Both the position numbers and the translations under genes were made by a program. Shown here one piece after another: positions 46,517-56,245 of a stretch of DNA of 64,000 nt. Origin of the DNA: an uncultured bacterium. Its GTDB lineage: Bacteria > Planctomycetota > UBA1135 > GCA-002686595. The stretch spans positions 192,001 through 256,000 of the forward strand of contig CALSNU010000003.1 in assembly GCA_943787795.1 (NCBI GenBank), read 5' to 3'. Position 1 is the stretch's first letter. Every line of letters begins with the position of its first letter. The notes under the pieces were generated by a model that saw only the letters and a program-made list of their open reading frames with translations, made no database searches and had not been told where the DNA came from.

Positions 46517-48517
46517 CTAGCGGGGCTTGCGGCCAGCGGGCTTACGGCTGGCCCGTGCCGCGGCGGCGGCCTCCGCAGCCGCCTTGCGCTGCGCCTTCTC
46601 CTCGGCCTTTCGTTGCTTCACCAGGTCGGGGCGGCGCTGCAGCTCGATCTCGGCGAAGCCTGCGGCGTTCTTGTGCCCGTTGTTCGTGCCGACGGCGACC
46701 TCGAGGACCGTCACCTTCAACTCGCGGATCACCTTCGCCTTGGGGAGCGGCAGGTAGGCCTTCCCGAAGTGGTCGGGGTCGAGTTCAAACTCGCCGACCT
46801 CGTTCCGGTTGACCTCGATCAGGACGCGCTTGGGCCTGCCCCAGGCATCCCGCTCGTCGGGCGCCTTGTAGTAGGGGGAGAGCACGACGTGATCGGCGCG
46901 TTGGGGGCGGTCAGGCTCGATGGAGATCCAGGGCTGCTTGTCGGTCGGTAGCGACAGCCAACCGTATCCGTGGGAGCCGTCCCGGACGTGGCGAGCGGGG
47001 TGACCGTTGTTGGCGATGCTGGACGCCCGGCAGGTGCTGAGGGTCTTGCTGAGCTCATCGCGTCCGAAGTCCTGCGAGGCCTCCCGCATGGGGACCGTCA
47101 TGACCCCGTCCACGAGGACCTCGAGGGTGGGCGAGAGGAGCTCCACCTGTTCGCCCTCATCGTCGCCCATGGGGCGCACGTAGGCCTTCGCCAGGATCTT
47201 GTGCTTGCCCGGCTCGTCCATGCTGAATTGCGCGGCGAAACGCTCGCCCTTCGAGGGCTTCTGCGGGTCGCCTTCGATCGACCTGAGGACCTCGCCGGTG
47301 TCCGCGTTGACGTAGTCGACGCGCCAGACCCTGGGCCCCTTGCCGATCTCCTTGTCCCACTCGTGCTGCTGCCGGGTTCGGTCACCCCAGGAAGAGACCC
47401 ACGCGGTCAGCGGGGTGTCGCCGGTGATCCTGACGGACAGGGGCAACTCCGGGTCATCGTCCCCGTAGCTCTTCGCTCCCCGCGGCTGGAGGCCCGAGGT
47501 CGGAGATGTGGCGCGCTTCAGGACCAGCACGCCGAAGCAGGTTCCAGGGTGGGGCTCGTTCTTGTTGTCGTTCCCGGTTCCCCACCGGCCCGAGGCGTGC
47601 TGCCTCCCGACCAGGTAGTTCGCAGCTTCCCGGTACCAGTCGTGGGTGCCGAAGGCCTTGCGCCCGGTCAGCCCGCCCACCCGCTCGAGCCCGTAGAGGT
47701 AGTAGAGGTGCCAGCGGGAGGGCGGGGCGGCCTCGATGCTCATGTGATCACCGAGCCAGCTCGCTCCATCCTCGATCGCGGCGTCGAGGACCCGAGCGTC
47801 TCGCTTGCTGAGATCCTTGCGGGCGGACAGTGCCTGCCGCCCGAGCTCGATGATGGCGACCCCTGCCGCCGTCATGGAGCCGGTGACCGCGGTCCCCTGC
47901 TTGTAGGAGAATGACCCATCGTCTCGCTGGATGTTCAGCGCGTAGTCGATGCACTGCTCCCAGATCTTCGAGGGGATCTCGAGCCCGCTGGCCTCAGCGA
48001 TCCGCATGCCGAGGCAGCCATACTGGGTCAGGGACAGATCTTCGTGACCGCCGGGGTAACTGAAGCCCTGGCCCTGGCACTCGAGGAGGATCTCGGTCCA
48101 GATCTCGATCTCCTCGATGTGTTGAGCCGGGTCCGCCGCGTGCGCGGCCATCAGGCAGCAGGCGATGCCGTAGGTGTGCCTGGGCGGGTTCGCGCGAAGG
48201 TACGCGAAGCCCCTGATGATGGAGGGGTGCCTCGGAGAGACCCCGGACTTGATGAGCGTGTAGAGCGCGAGGCCGGTCTGTCCGGAGACGTACTTGTGCT
48301 CGTCGGGGCGCCAGGACCCGTCCAGCTGCTGGCGCTTGAGGAGGTAGTCCGCACCGCGGTTGATGGCCGCGCTGATCTGCGCCTGGGTCGCCCCGTCCCC
48401 GGCGGCCTCCTGCAGGGCTCGCGGGCTTGCAGCAGCGGTCGAAGCGAGCAACGCGAGCGCCAGGGCGAAGCCGCCCGTGATCCGTCGGGCGCCCGCAGGG
48501 AGGAATCCTCGAAGCAT
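46517..48517 (-). CDS. Exported prenyltransferase/squalene-oxidase-repeat protein with a C-terminal discoidin-like domain
   Basis: Signal peptide; YLLKRQQLDGSW, IQRDDGSFSY, SMTAAG, YYLYGLERVG, WY.E.A.YL..Q..SG.W; ASS..DG..GW..AEIEL. Confidence 0.8.
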   Translation of the reverse strand: MLRGFLPAGARRITGGFALALALLASTAAASPRALQEAAGDGATQAQISAAINRGADYLLKRQQLDGSWRPDEHKYVSGQTGLALYTLIKSGVSPRHPSIIRGFAYLRANPPRHTYGIACCLMAAHAADPAQHIEEIEIWTEILLECQGQGFSYPGGHEDLSLTQYGCLGMRIAEASGLEIPSKIWEQCIDYALNIQRDDGSFSYKQGTAVTGSMTAAGVAIIELGRQALSARKDLSKRDARVLDAAIEDGASWLGDHMSIEAAPPSRWHLYYLYGLERVGGLTGRKAFGTHDWYREAANYLVGRQHASGRWGTGNDNKNEPHPGTCFGVLVLKRATSPTSGLQPRGAKSYGDDDPELPLSVRITGDTPLTAWVSSWGDRTRQQHEWDKEIGKGPRVWRVDYVNADTGEVLRSIEGDPQKPSKGERFAAQFSMDEPGKHKILAKAYVRPMGDDEGEQVELLSPTLEVLVDGVMTVPMREASQDFGRDELSKTLSTCRASSIANNGHPARHVRDGSHGYGWLSLPTDKQPWISIEPDRPQRADHVVLSPYYKAPDERDAWGRPKRVLIEVNRNEVGEFELDPDHFGKAYLPLPKAKVIRELKVTVLEVAVGTNNGHKNAAGFAEIELQRRPDLVKQRKAEEKAQRKAAAEAAAAARASRKPAGRKPR

Positions 48518-48601
48518 GTGTGCCAGGATACCGTCTCGACGAGAATCCTTGCGCGGTCCTCTCGCCGACCCTCAAGCCTCGCTGTCCACACCCCGGTCCC
48601 G

Positions 48602-49381
48602 ATGTTCTTCATCCAGCCTGCACTGATCGCACTCTTCGGCGTGAGCCTTCTCATGGCCTGTGTCTGGGCCGCGCACCTGCGGGACGAGGACGCGAGCATC
48701 ATCGACCCCTTCTGGGGCATCGCCATCGTCTTGGTCGGCGCGCTCCATGCCCTCGCGGCCGGCGCTCCCCTGAGGGGGGCGCGCCTCCTGGTCGCCCTCG
48801 TCGCTCTGGCCTGGGCGCTTCGCCTCGCCATGCACCTCAGGGCGAGGCACAGGGCCGAGGGGCCTGATCGGAGGTATCAGGCCATGCGCGAGGCCCGCGG
48901 CAAGGCCTGGTGGTGGCAGAGTTTCTTTGTCGTCTTCATGCTCCAGGCCCTCCTGGCCTGGATCGTCGCGTTGCCGCTCATCGCGAGCATGTCGGGGCCT
49001 GTGACCCTCTCGCCTCTCTCCTCGATCGGCCTGCTCGTCGCGCTCCTCGGGTTCGGCTATGAGGCCGTCGCCGATGGGCAACTCGCACGCTTCAAGTCGG
49101 AGCCGGCCAACAAAGGCAAGGTCATGCAGTCCGGGTTGTGGGGCACCTCTCGTCACCCGAATTACTTCGGGGAAGCGGTCTTCTGGATGGGGTTTACCCT
49201 CACCGGGGTCGCGAGCGGTGCCTGGTGGAGCTTGATCGGATTCGCACTCATTGTCTTCATGCTCCTGAAGGTCTCGGGGATCACCCTTACCGAGCAGACC
49301 ATCGCCGAAAGGCGACCGGCCTACGCGGACTACGTGCGGGACACCAGCGCGTTCGTGCCGTGGCCCAGGCGCAAGGGCTGA
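48602..49381 (+). CDS. DUF1295 (steroid 5-alpha-reductase-like) membrane protein
   Basis: DASIIDPFWG, D.RY, EAVADGQL..FK, GLWGTSRHPNYFGE, KVSGI. Confidence 0.92.
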   Translation: MFFIQPALIALFGVSLLMACVWAAHLRDEDASIIDPFWGIAIVLVGALHALAAGAPLRGARLLVALVALAWALRLAMHLRARHRAEGPDRRYQAMREARGKAWWWQSFFVVFMLQALLAWIVALPLIASMSGPVTLSPLSSIGLLVALLGFGYEAVADGQLARFKSEPANKGKVMQSGLWGTSRHPNYFGEAVFWMGFTLTGVASGAWWSLIGFALIVFMLLKVSGITLTEQTIAERRPAYADYVRDTSAFVPWPRRKG

Positions 49382-49726
49382 ACTCGGCGCGGAGAGTCGG
49401 CGCTTCGCTTTCCGTTCCAGCGATGCTCGATCGAGACCGAAGGCGGACACCGTCGTCGCAGATGTCTCTGGATGACACAGCGGGGACTGTCTCGCGTAAA
49501 GAAGACCCTCGCATGGATGGGATGAACGAGGTAGCGTCAATTGGGCAGGAGTTCGGAACCCGTCATCCGGCGGATCCGTCCTTCCATCCATCGACTGTTC
49601 CTTCCTCATGAAGCGCCGCTGCTGCTTGGCCATTGTGCCGGGCTTGTCAGCACCGTCACTCGGGTGGGACTCGTCCTTCTGCACAGTCCCACTTCTTCTC
49701 ACTCTTCCTTCTGGAGATTCATCCTG

Positions 49727-51106
49727 ATGCTTCGCTCTTCCCTCATCGCTGCCAGCTCCTTCGCGCTCATGGCCAGCGCCGCTGCTCAGACTCCGCAGCA
49801 ACTCAACTCCGTTCACCAGGTCCCCGGCGCTGTGAAGCACGCAGGTATCTACCACGTCGCCACCGGCACCTGGACTCGTACCGGCGGCGGCGCCGTGTCG
49901 AACTTCGGCGCCCCTGACATCGTTTACAGCAACACCGCGACGTCGGGTTACTTCACCACGGCTGGCGGCAACGGCGGCTTCGGTGCTGGCTCCGAGAACT
50001 TCGACGAGGGTGGCCTCCCGGGTACGACGAACGGCAACGTGTTCACCGGCGCCGGCCCGAACCGTGATGAGTACAACATCAACGGCTTCTCGTACGCCTA
50101 CTGCGACAACAGCGCGGCTGGGCTCAGCGGCTGGACGTTCAACTTCTACGCCTCCTACGATCCCTGCACGGCTGCTGTCAGCCCCGACGGTTCCGCCACG
50201 GTCACCGGCTTCCCCGCCGCTGGCGGTTGCTGGGTTGTCGACATCGACCTCACGGGTAGCGAGATCTGCCTTGAGGCCGACGGTGGTTCAGTCGCTCCGG
50301 GCTGGGACGACGACCCCGACTTCGACAGCTTCGGCTGGAGCTTCACCTACGCCGGTTCTGGCACGGGTCAGGCCGGCCCGCTGCTCGTCGGCGACCCGGT
50401 TGCGACCGACCCGACCTACACCATCGGCGGCCTTCCGCTTGACGGCTCGAACACCTACTACGGTGCTGTGAGCGCGTGCAACAACCTTGGCTCAGGTTAC
50501 CTGACCCAGGACTTCTGGTGGCTCGAGGACCCGACCGGGGCGAGCAGCAACTGCTACTTCTTCGGTGGCTACAGCAACAACAACGGTTGCGGCGGCCCGT
50601 CGAACCCCTACGCGTCCTTCTACATGGAGATGCTTGCTGCGCCCGGTTCCTGCGGGGCCCCGACGATCGGCACGATCTACTGCAACTCGAACGTGAACTC
50701 GACCGGCGTCAACACGTCCATGTCGCTCCTCGGTAGCGCTTCTGCCGCCGCGAACGACCTGACCATGGCGGCGGGGAACCTCCCGAACAACACGTTCGGC
50801 TTCTTCCTCTACTCCGGCACCCAGGGCTTCGCTGCGAACCCCGGCGGCAGCCAGGGCAACCTCTGCCTCGGCGGAGCGATCGGTCGCTTCCAGGGCCCCG
50901 GCCAGATCAAGTCCAGCGGTGCTGGTTCCGAGATCACGCTGAGCACCGCCGCTGGCGAGTGGGACCTTGCCAGCCTCCCGGCTCCGACGGGAAGCACCGC
51001 GGCGATGGCCGGTGACACGGCCAACTTCCAGGCCTGGCACCGTGACTCCTCCGGCGGCGTCGCTGTCTCCAACTTCTCGGACGGCATCACCGTCATCTGG
51101 CAGTGA
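49727..51106 (+). CDS. Secreted Gly/Asn/Ser/Cys-rich protein, probably highly expressed, with a C-terminal domain
   Basis: GGAG RBS; signal MLRSSLIAASSFALMASAAAQ; rpsA-like codon preference; C-terminal YC.SNVNSTG..GNLCLGG.IGRF..FQAWHRD..SNFSDG domain; strong downstream hairpin. Confidence 0.85.
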   Translation: MLRSSLIAASSFALMASAAAQTPQQLNSVHQVPGAVKHAGIYHVATGTWTRTGGGAVSNFGAPDIVYSNTATSGYFTTAGGNGGFGAGSENFDEGGLPGTTNGNVFTGAGPNRDEYNINGFSYAYCDNSAAGLSGWTFNFYASYDPCTAAVSPDGSATVTGFPAAGGCWVVDIDLTGSEICLEADGGSVAPGWDDDPDFDSFGWSFTYAGSGTGQAGPLLVGDPVATDPTYTIGGLPLDGSNTYYGAVSACNNLGSGYLTQDFWWLEDPTGASSNCYFFGGYSNNNGCGGPSNPYASFYMEMLAAPGSCGAPTIGTIYCNSNVNSTGVNTSMSLLGSASAAANDLTMAAGNLPNNTFGFFLYSGTQGFAANPGGSQGNLCLGGAIGRFQGPGQIKSSGAGSEITLSTAAGEWDLASLPAPTGSTAAMAGDTANFQAWHRDSSGGVAVSNFSDGITVIWQ

Positions 51107-51156
51107 GCCTTTGACCCCGGTCGCCTCGGGCTTTGCCTGAGGCCCCAGGGACACTT

Positions 51157-51196
51157 CAGACGCCCCTCCTGGTTGTGAAACCAGGGGGGGCGTCTG
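51157..51196 (+). terminator. Long GC hairpin downstream of the secreted-protein gene
   Basis: cagacgcccctcctggtt-gtga-aaccagggggggcgtctg; the 3' arm is duplicated at about 51202-51217; no clear U-tract. Confidence 0.6.
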
Positions 51197-51392
51197 TGAA
51201 TCCAGGGGGAGCGTCTGGCATGGGTCGAGGACGTGTCCATGGGTCGAGGCGAGGCATGGAGGGGGGATCGGACCATTCGACCTTCAAAAGTCGGCTCCAG
51301 ATGGCAACCTTGCTCGTCGAGGTAGGTTGTCCCCACGGGGGCGACCTCGTGCCCCGCCCGTCACCCTGGAGCGATTGAGCGCCGCGCCACCC

Positions 51393-52583
51393 ATGATCGG
51401 AATTCTATCCGCACTGTCCCTCGCTGCCCCTCAGGTGGCGGTGCTCCCTTTGGCCTGGGCTGCCATTGCAGCACCCGCCGGGGTGAGTCCTTCGCAGGCG
51501 CATGGGGCGGTGGAGTGTGCCGGTGTGTCCGCCGCAGGATCGCCATCCGAAGGGGTGCCCCGAGCAGATCAACGGACAACAGCGGCAATCTTCACGGAGC
51601 TGGAGCGGCTGAGCATCGGTCGGCAACAGCCCGGCGTTGGGGCCCCGTGGTCACGAGTTCAGGCGCTGGTAGACGGCCTCATTCAGGGCCTCCTTCAGGG
51701 CCTGGGGCAAGAGCCGCAGACTGGCCTCTCGGAGGATCCTGCCGTCGCGCGACTCTTCACCGACCTCGCGATTTCAGCGACCGCGGCACAGCGGCTTGAC
51801 CTCGTGCAGGCCTGCGAGCGACTCCTGTCCGCGAGGGACGGTCAGGAGAGTCGCTCACGCCTCCTCCGCGCCCAGATCCTGATCCTCGAGCCAGTGATCG
51901 CTGCCACCGGCGGCCGGGGCCCGATCGCGAGGCGCGCGACCGCTCTCTACGAAGAGATCGCCCTCGAGGTCACCCACCCAGAGACCGGAGAGGCGCCGCC
52001 GTTCATGCGTCGGTCCCGGCTTCGCCTTGAGAGGCTGCGCATCGGCGCGCCCATGCCCAGGTTTGTGGCGCGGGACACGGCCGGGAACGAGCTCCGCTCG
52101 GCGCAGCTTGAGGGAGAGGTCCTCGTCCTCCGATTCTGGGACGAGTCGAGCCCCGCTTCTCTCGCTGCGCATCGTGCAGACGAGGCGTGGGTGCGAGAGT
52201 TCTGGGATGCCCCCTTCGATCTCTTCGGCGTGGCCCGGTCAGAGGATCGCGAGGCCTACTTGCGACAGCTCGAGGCCGCGCAATTCGGCGGCGTCCAGCT
52301 CTTCGACGGCCCGATCAGCGACGCCCTCGCGGAGGCGCTGGAGGGGTATGACTGGGGAGCTCCCGGGGCTTTTGGAGCCTCCGCGGAACATGGGGCGGGC
52401 CTCCGCCTCTCCAACCGCTGGGGCGCGCCAACGCCGGGGAGTCTCTTCGTGGTCGATGCACGCGGGAGGATCCGTGGCCGGGACCTTTCACCGGACGTGA
52501 CTCGATCGCTGGTCAGGCAGCTGATCGCCGAGGAGCAATTCCGGCGAAGAGAGCAGCTGTTAGAGGGGGCACGCTCCCGCTGA
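51393..52583 (+). CDS. Exported protein with a C-terminal redoxin/TlpA-like fold lacking CxxC
   Basis: IGAPMPRFVARDTAGNELRSAQLEGEVLVLRFW(DESSPAS)..FVVDARGRIR. Confidence 0.7.
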   Translation: MIGILSALSLAAPQVAVLPLAWAAIAAPAGVSPSQAHGAVECAGVSAAGSPSEGVPRADQRTTAAIFTELERLSIGRQQPGVGAPWSRVQALVDGLIQGLLQGLGQEPQTGLSEDPAVARLFTDLAISATAAQRLDLVQACERLLSARDGQESRSRLLRAQILILEPVIAATGGRGPIARRATALYEEIALEVTHPETGEAPPFMRRSRLRLERLRIGAPMPRFVARDTAGNELRSAQLEGEVLVLRFWDESSPASLAAHRADEAWVREFWDAPFDLFGVARSEDREAYLRQLEAAQFGGVQLFDGPISDALAEALEGYDWGAPGAFGASAEHGAGLRLSNRWGAPTPGSLFVVDARGRIRGRDLSPDVTRSLVRQLIAEEQFRRREQLLEGARSR

Positions 52584-52593
52584 GCTCCAACGC

Positions 52594-53436
52594 TTGTCGC
52601 CTACCTTTCCCATGTCCAGGCTTCACTCATCCTCGCACCAGCAGCCCCGCGGCAGCGCCTCCTTGAAGGGGTTGCCGCTGGTGACGGTTGTGACTCTGTC
52701 GGGCGTGGCCCTGCTGCTCGGTCGCAGCGCTCCTGAGCTGGCCAGCGGCCCTGCGTCCGTGAGCGTCGGGGCAGACCTCCTCGCCGCGGCGACTGCCGAG
52801 TCCCGACAGACAGACCGGGGCGGCGCCGTTGCTGCCGAGGAAGAGCTCGCGCCGATCCGCATCTCCGCCGACGGCCCTCGACGGCGTGCAGAGTCCGGCG
52901 ATGGTCGCGATGACGAGCTGGTCTCGGTGTCGGTTGGGGGGCCCTCTGACTCGGGCCATGACGACGGCCTGGTGCTCAGCTCTGGGGCCGCGGCGGATTC
53001 GCCGCTGGAGGCCTCCGACCTGGATGGGATCAGGGCCGAGGGACCCTTCCACCTCGGGGTGCGTGAGGGCGAGTGGACCTTCTTCGATCCGCAGGGGCTG
53101 GAGCGGGAGCGTGGCTCCTATCGCGCGGGGAAGCGCGACGGCGCCTGGCTCCAGTTCGCCCCGAACGGTCAGCTCGTGCAGCTCGCGGAGTACGTCGACG
53201 GGGCCCAGCAGGGCGCCTGGGAGCGGTTCAGCCGAGAGGGCGCGCTCCTCGAGGAGGGGCAATTCGAGGCGTCCGCTCCCCATGGTCGCTGGGTTCGACG
53301 GTACTCCAACGGATCCATCAAGGAGCGCGGCCTCTACGAGGCGGGGCTCCGCGAGGGGCGCTGGGAGTTCTTCGATGACCTGGGACGCCCCACGCTCCGC
53401 ACGGGCACCTACCGTGCCGGCATCCGGATCGACTAG
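52594..53436 (+). CDS. Membrane-anchored or exported MORN-variant repeat protein
   Basis: N-terminal hydrophobic segment; repeats GVREGEWTFF, GKRDGAWLQF, GLREGRWEFF. The start may be ATG 52612. Confidence 0.82.
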   Translation: MSPTFPMSRLHSSSHQQPRGSASLKGLPLVTVVTLSGVALLLGRSAPELASGPASVSVGADLLAAATAESRQTDRGGAVAAEEELAPIRISADGPRRRAESGDGRDDELVSVSVGGPSDSGHDDGLVLSSGAAADSPLEASDLDGIRAEGPFHLGVREGEWTFFDPQGLERERGSYRAGKRDGAWLQFAPNGQLVQLAEYVDGAQQGAWERFSREGALLEEGQFEASAPHGRWVRRYSNGSIKERGLYEAGLREGRWEFFDDLGRPTLRTGTYRAGIRID

Positions 53437-53647
53437 GGCGCGATCGAGGCCTCGGGACGGCCCGGATGCAGTCGGCGGATGGACCGATGGGCGGGCTCGA
53501 TGGGTGGGTCCTTGGCCCTGGCCGCAGGACTCGCAGACGAGTCAGGAAGGCGAGCTGTCGGGCTAGATGGCGCGGCGCGATCCACAGGAGCGTGCTGGTG
53601 GGCTCGGGAGCTCACCGTGTGGTCCGTGGTTCAGCCCGCAGCCGCGA

Positions 53648-54673
53648 TCACCCGCCGCGGGTGTGCATCTCGAGGTGCGGTTCGCGCTGGAGCTCGCCGG
53701 GTCCAGCCAAGGCCGCTCGTGAATCGAGGCTGGCGCGCTCCTCGGCGCCTCGGTCCGTTCGTCCGGTCCAGAGATCCACGATCCGCTCGGCAGCAGCCGC
53801 GGCGCCGCGAGCGCGGAGGAGCGGCGCGATCGCCGTGCCCGACCGCGCGTAGAGGCAGGTGATGAACTGGCCATCAGCGGTCAGCCGCGCGCGGTCACAG
53901 CTCCCGCAGAAGGGGCGAGTGGTGGAGGCGATGACGCCGAAGCGCTGGCCGTCTCCGGTCAGGTAGCGATCGGCGGGAGCCGCGGTGCGCTTGAGGTCTT
54001 CGGGCGTCACGCCACCGCGGGCGGCGCCGACACGCTCGATGATCTCGGTGGCGGGGACGACCCGACTCATGTCCCAACGGGTCGCACCGCCGACGTCCAT
54101 GTACTCGATGAAGCGCACCTCGAGGTCGCGCTCGCGGGCGAAGTCGAGCATGTCCACCAGCTCGTCGTCGTTGGCGCCGCGCATGACCACGACGTTCAGC
54201 TTGGTGCCGGTGAAGCCGGCAGCGGCCGCCGCGTCTAGGCCCCGCAGCGCCCCGGCGAGCTCGTCCCGGCGCGTCAGCTCCAGGAAGCGATCGGCCCGCA
54301 GGGTGTCGAGGCTAACGGTCAGCCGGTCGAGCCCAGCATCGCGGAGGGCCGCGGCGAGGTCGGGGAGCCGGAGGCCGTTGGTCGTGAGCGCGAGGTCTCT
54401 CAGCCCGCCCTGGGCGCGTAGGCTCCTGACGAGCTGGTCGATGTCACGTCGCAGGAGCGGCTCGCCGCCAGTGAGCCGGACCTTCTCCACGCCGTGGGGG
54501 ACCAGCTCGGAGACGAGCGCCGCAGACTCCTCGAACGTCAGCAGCTCGGACCGCTCGAGCCAGGTGTAGCGCTCCTCGGGCATGCAGTACCCGCACCGCA
54601 GGTTGCAGCGGTCCGTGACCGAGAGCCGCAGGTTGCGGAGTGGTCGGCGGTGGAGATCCAGGGCTTGGGGCAT
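53648..54673 (-). CDS. moaA: GTP 3',8-cyclase (molybdenum cofactor biosynthesis)
   Basis: LRLSVTDRCNLRCGYC, RLTGGEPL, FCGSCDRARLT..C, C-terminal GG. Confidence 0.96.
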   Translation of the reverse strand: MPQALDLHRRPLRNLRLSVTDRCNLRCGYCMPEERYTWLERSELLTFEESAALVSELVPHGVEKVRLTGGEPLLRRDIDQLVRSLRAQGGLRDLALTTNGLRLPDLAAALRDAGLDRLTVSLDTLRADRFLELTRRDELAGALRGLDAAAAAGFTGTKLNVVVMRGANDDELVDMLDFARERDLEVRFIEYMDVGGATRWDMSRVVPATEIIERVGAARGGVTPEDLKRTAAPADRYLTGDGQRFGVIASTTRPFCGSCDRARLTADGQFITCLYARSGTAIAPLLRARGAAAAAERIVDLWTGRTDRGAEERASLDSRAALAGPGELQREPHLEMHTRGG

Positions 54674-54747
54674 GGGCGCAGATTATCACTCATTCTCCTG
54701 CCAGGTCCCAGGTGCTCTTTCGGTGAGCGTCGACCTATCTTCAGCCC

Positions 54748-56226
54748 ATGCAACGCCCCAAGACACTCGGAGAGCTCAAGGCCAGCGGCTGGGCCTCCCG
54801 TTCGGTCCGCGACGAACTCCGCGCCAACCTGATCCAGCGGCTCCGTGCGAAGGAGGAGATCTTCCCCGGCATCGTCGGCTACGAGGACTCCGTGATCCCA
54901 CAGCTTCAGAACGCCGTGCTCTCCGGGCACAGCTTCATCCTGCTTGGGCTCCGGGGGCAGGCCAAGACGCGGATCGCGCGTGCGCTGGCGGACCTCCTGG
55001 ACGAGTGGGTGCCCGCCATCGAGGGCTCGGAGCTCAACGAGGATCCCCTCGCCCCGGTGACCGTGCCGTCCATGCGGCGGGCCGAGGAGCTCGGCGACGA
55101 CCTGCCGATCCGCTGGATGCACCGCTCGGAGCGCTACCAGGAGAAGCTGGCGACGCCGGACGTTACCGTGGCGGACCTCATCGGCGACGTGGATCCGATC
55201 AAGGCGGCGACGCGCAAGCTGACCTTCGCGGACCCCGAGGTGATCCACTTCGGAATCCTGCCCCGTGCGAACCGCGGGATCTTCTGCGTCAACGAGCTCC
55301 CGGACCTGCAGGCGCGGATCCAGGTCGGGCTTCTGAACATCCTGGAGGAGGGGGACATCCAGGTGCGCGGCTTCCCGATCCGGATGCCCCTGGACCTCGG
55401 GCTGGTGTTCACCGCGAACCCCGAGGACTACACGAACCGCGGCAGCATCATCACGCCGCTGCGGGACCGCATCGCCTCCCAGATCCTCACGCACTACCCG
55501 AAGGAGCTGGAGCAGGCCATGGCGATCACCGACCAGGAGGCCTGGAGGGATCGCGGCGACGGTGCGGTCGAGGTCGAGGTCCCGGCGGCGCTGCGTGAGG
55601 CCATCGAGCTCGTGGCCTTCGAGGCCAGGGCCTCGGAGTTTGTGGACCAGGCCAGCGGGGTGAGCGCGCGGCTCTCCATCGCCATGCTGGAGAACGTCAT
55701 CTCCAACGCCGAGCGGCGCGCGCTGCGCGCCGGCGAGGCCACAGCCACGGCGCGACCCGCCGACCTGTTCACCGCGATCTCGGCCGTGACCGGGAAGGTC
55801 GAGCTGGTGTACGACGGAGAGCGCGAGGGCATCGGCGCAGTCGCCGCTGCCCTGGTGGGGAAGGCGCTCGGCGAGGCCTTCGGACGGACCTTCCCCGACG
55901 GCTATGCGGAGGACGAAGGGGACGCGGGCACGAGCGCGCCGGTCTACGACGCGATCCTGGGATGGTTCCGCTCCGGTGGCTCCCTCGACCTCGACGACAC
56001 CGCAGGTGACGCAGCGCACCTCTCCCGGCTCGGCGAGGTCACCGGGCTCCGGGAGCTGGTGGAGCGCACGGCCAGCCCCGCGAACGACGGCGAGCTCGCG
56101 TCGCTGATGGAGCTGGTCCTTGAGGGGCTCCACCAGGGATCCCTGCTGTCCCGGGACGACGACGGGCCGAACCGACGACAGTACGGGGACATGCTGGCCC
56201 AGATGGCGCGCAGCCTGGGCGCCTGA
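54748..56226 (+). CDS. Mg-chelatase-like AAA+ ATPase (Rv0958-type)
   Basis: GLRGQAKT, EKLATPD, ANRGIFCVNELPDL, FTANPEDYTNRG, SGVSAR. Confidence 0.88.
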   Translation: MQRPKTLGELKASGWASRSVRDELRANLIQRLRAKEEIFPGIVGYEDSVIPQLQNAVLSGHSFILLGLRGQAKTRIARALADLLDEWVPAIEGSELNEDPLAPVTVPSMRRAEELGDDLPIRWMHRSERYQEKLATPDVTVADLIGDVDPIKAATRKLTFADPEVIHFGILPRANRGIFCVNELPDLQARIQVGLLNILEEGDIQVRGFPIRMPLDLGLVFTANPEDYTNRGSIITPLRDRIASQILTHYPKELEQAMAITDQEAWRDRGDGAVEVEVPAALREAIELVAFEARASEFVDQASGVSARLSIAMLENVISNAERRALRAGEATATARPADLFTAISAVTGKVELVYDGEREGIGAVAAALVGKALGEAFGRTFPDGYAEDEGDAGTSAPVYDAILGWFRSGGSLDLDDTAGDAAHLSRLGEVTGLRELVERTASPANDGELASLMELVLEGLHQGSLLSRDDDGPNRRQYGDMLAQMARSLGA

Positions 56227-56245
56227 GCCGGGAGCCACAGCGTCG

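Noticed and set aside
46517..49381. Squalene-hopene cyclase plus sterol reductase as a triterpenoid pathway
   Set aside because: The protein has one barrel, a signal peptide and no DXDD motif; DUF1295 genes are widespread and have no demonstrated link.
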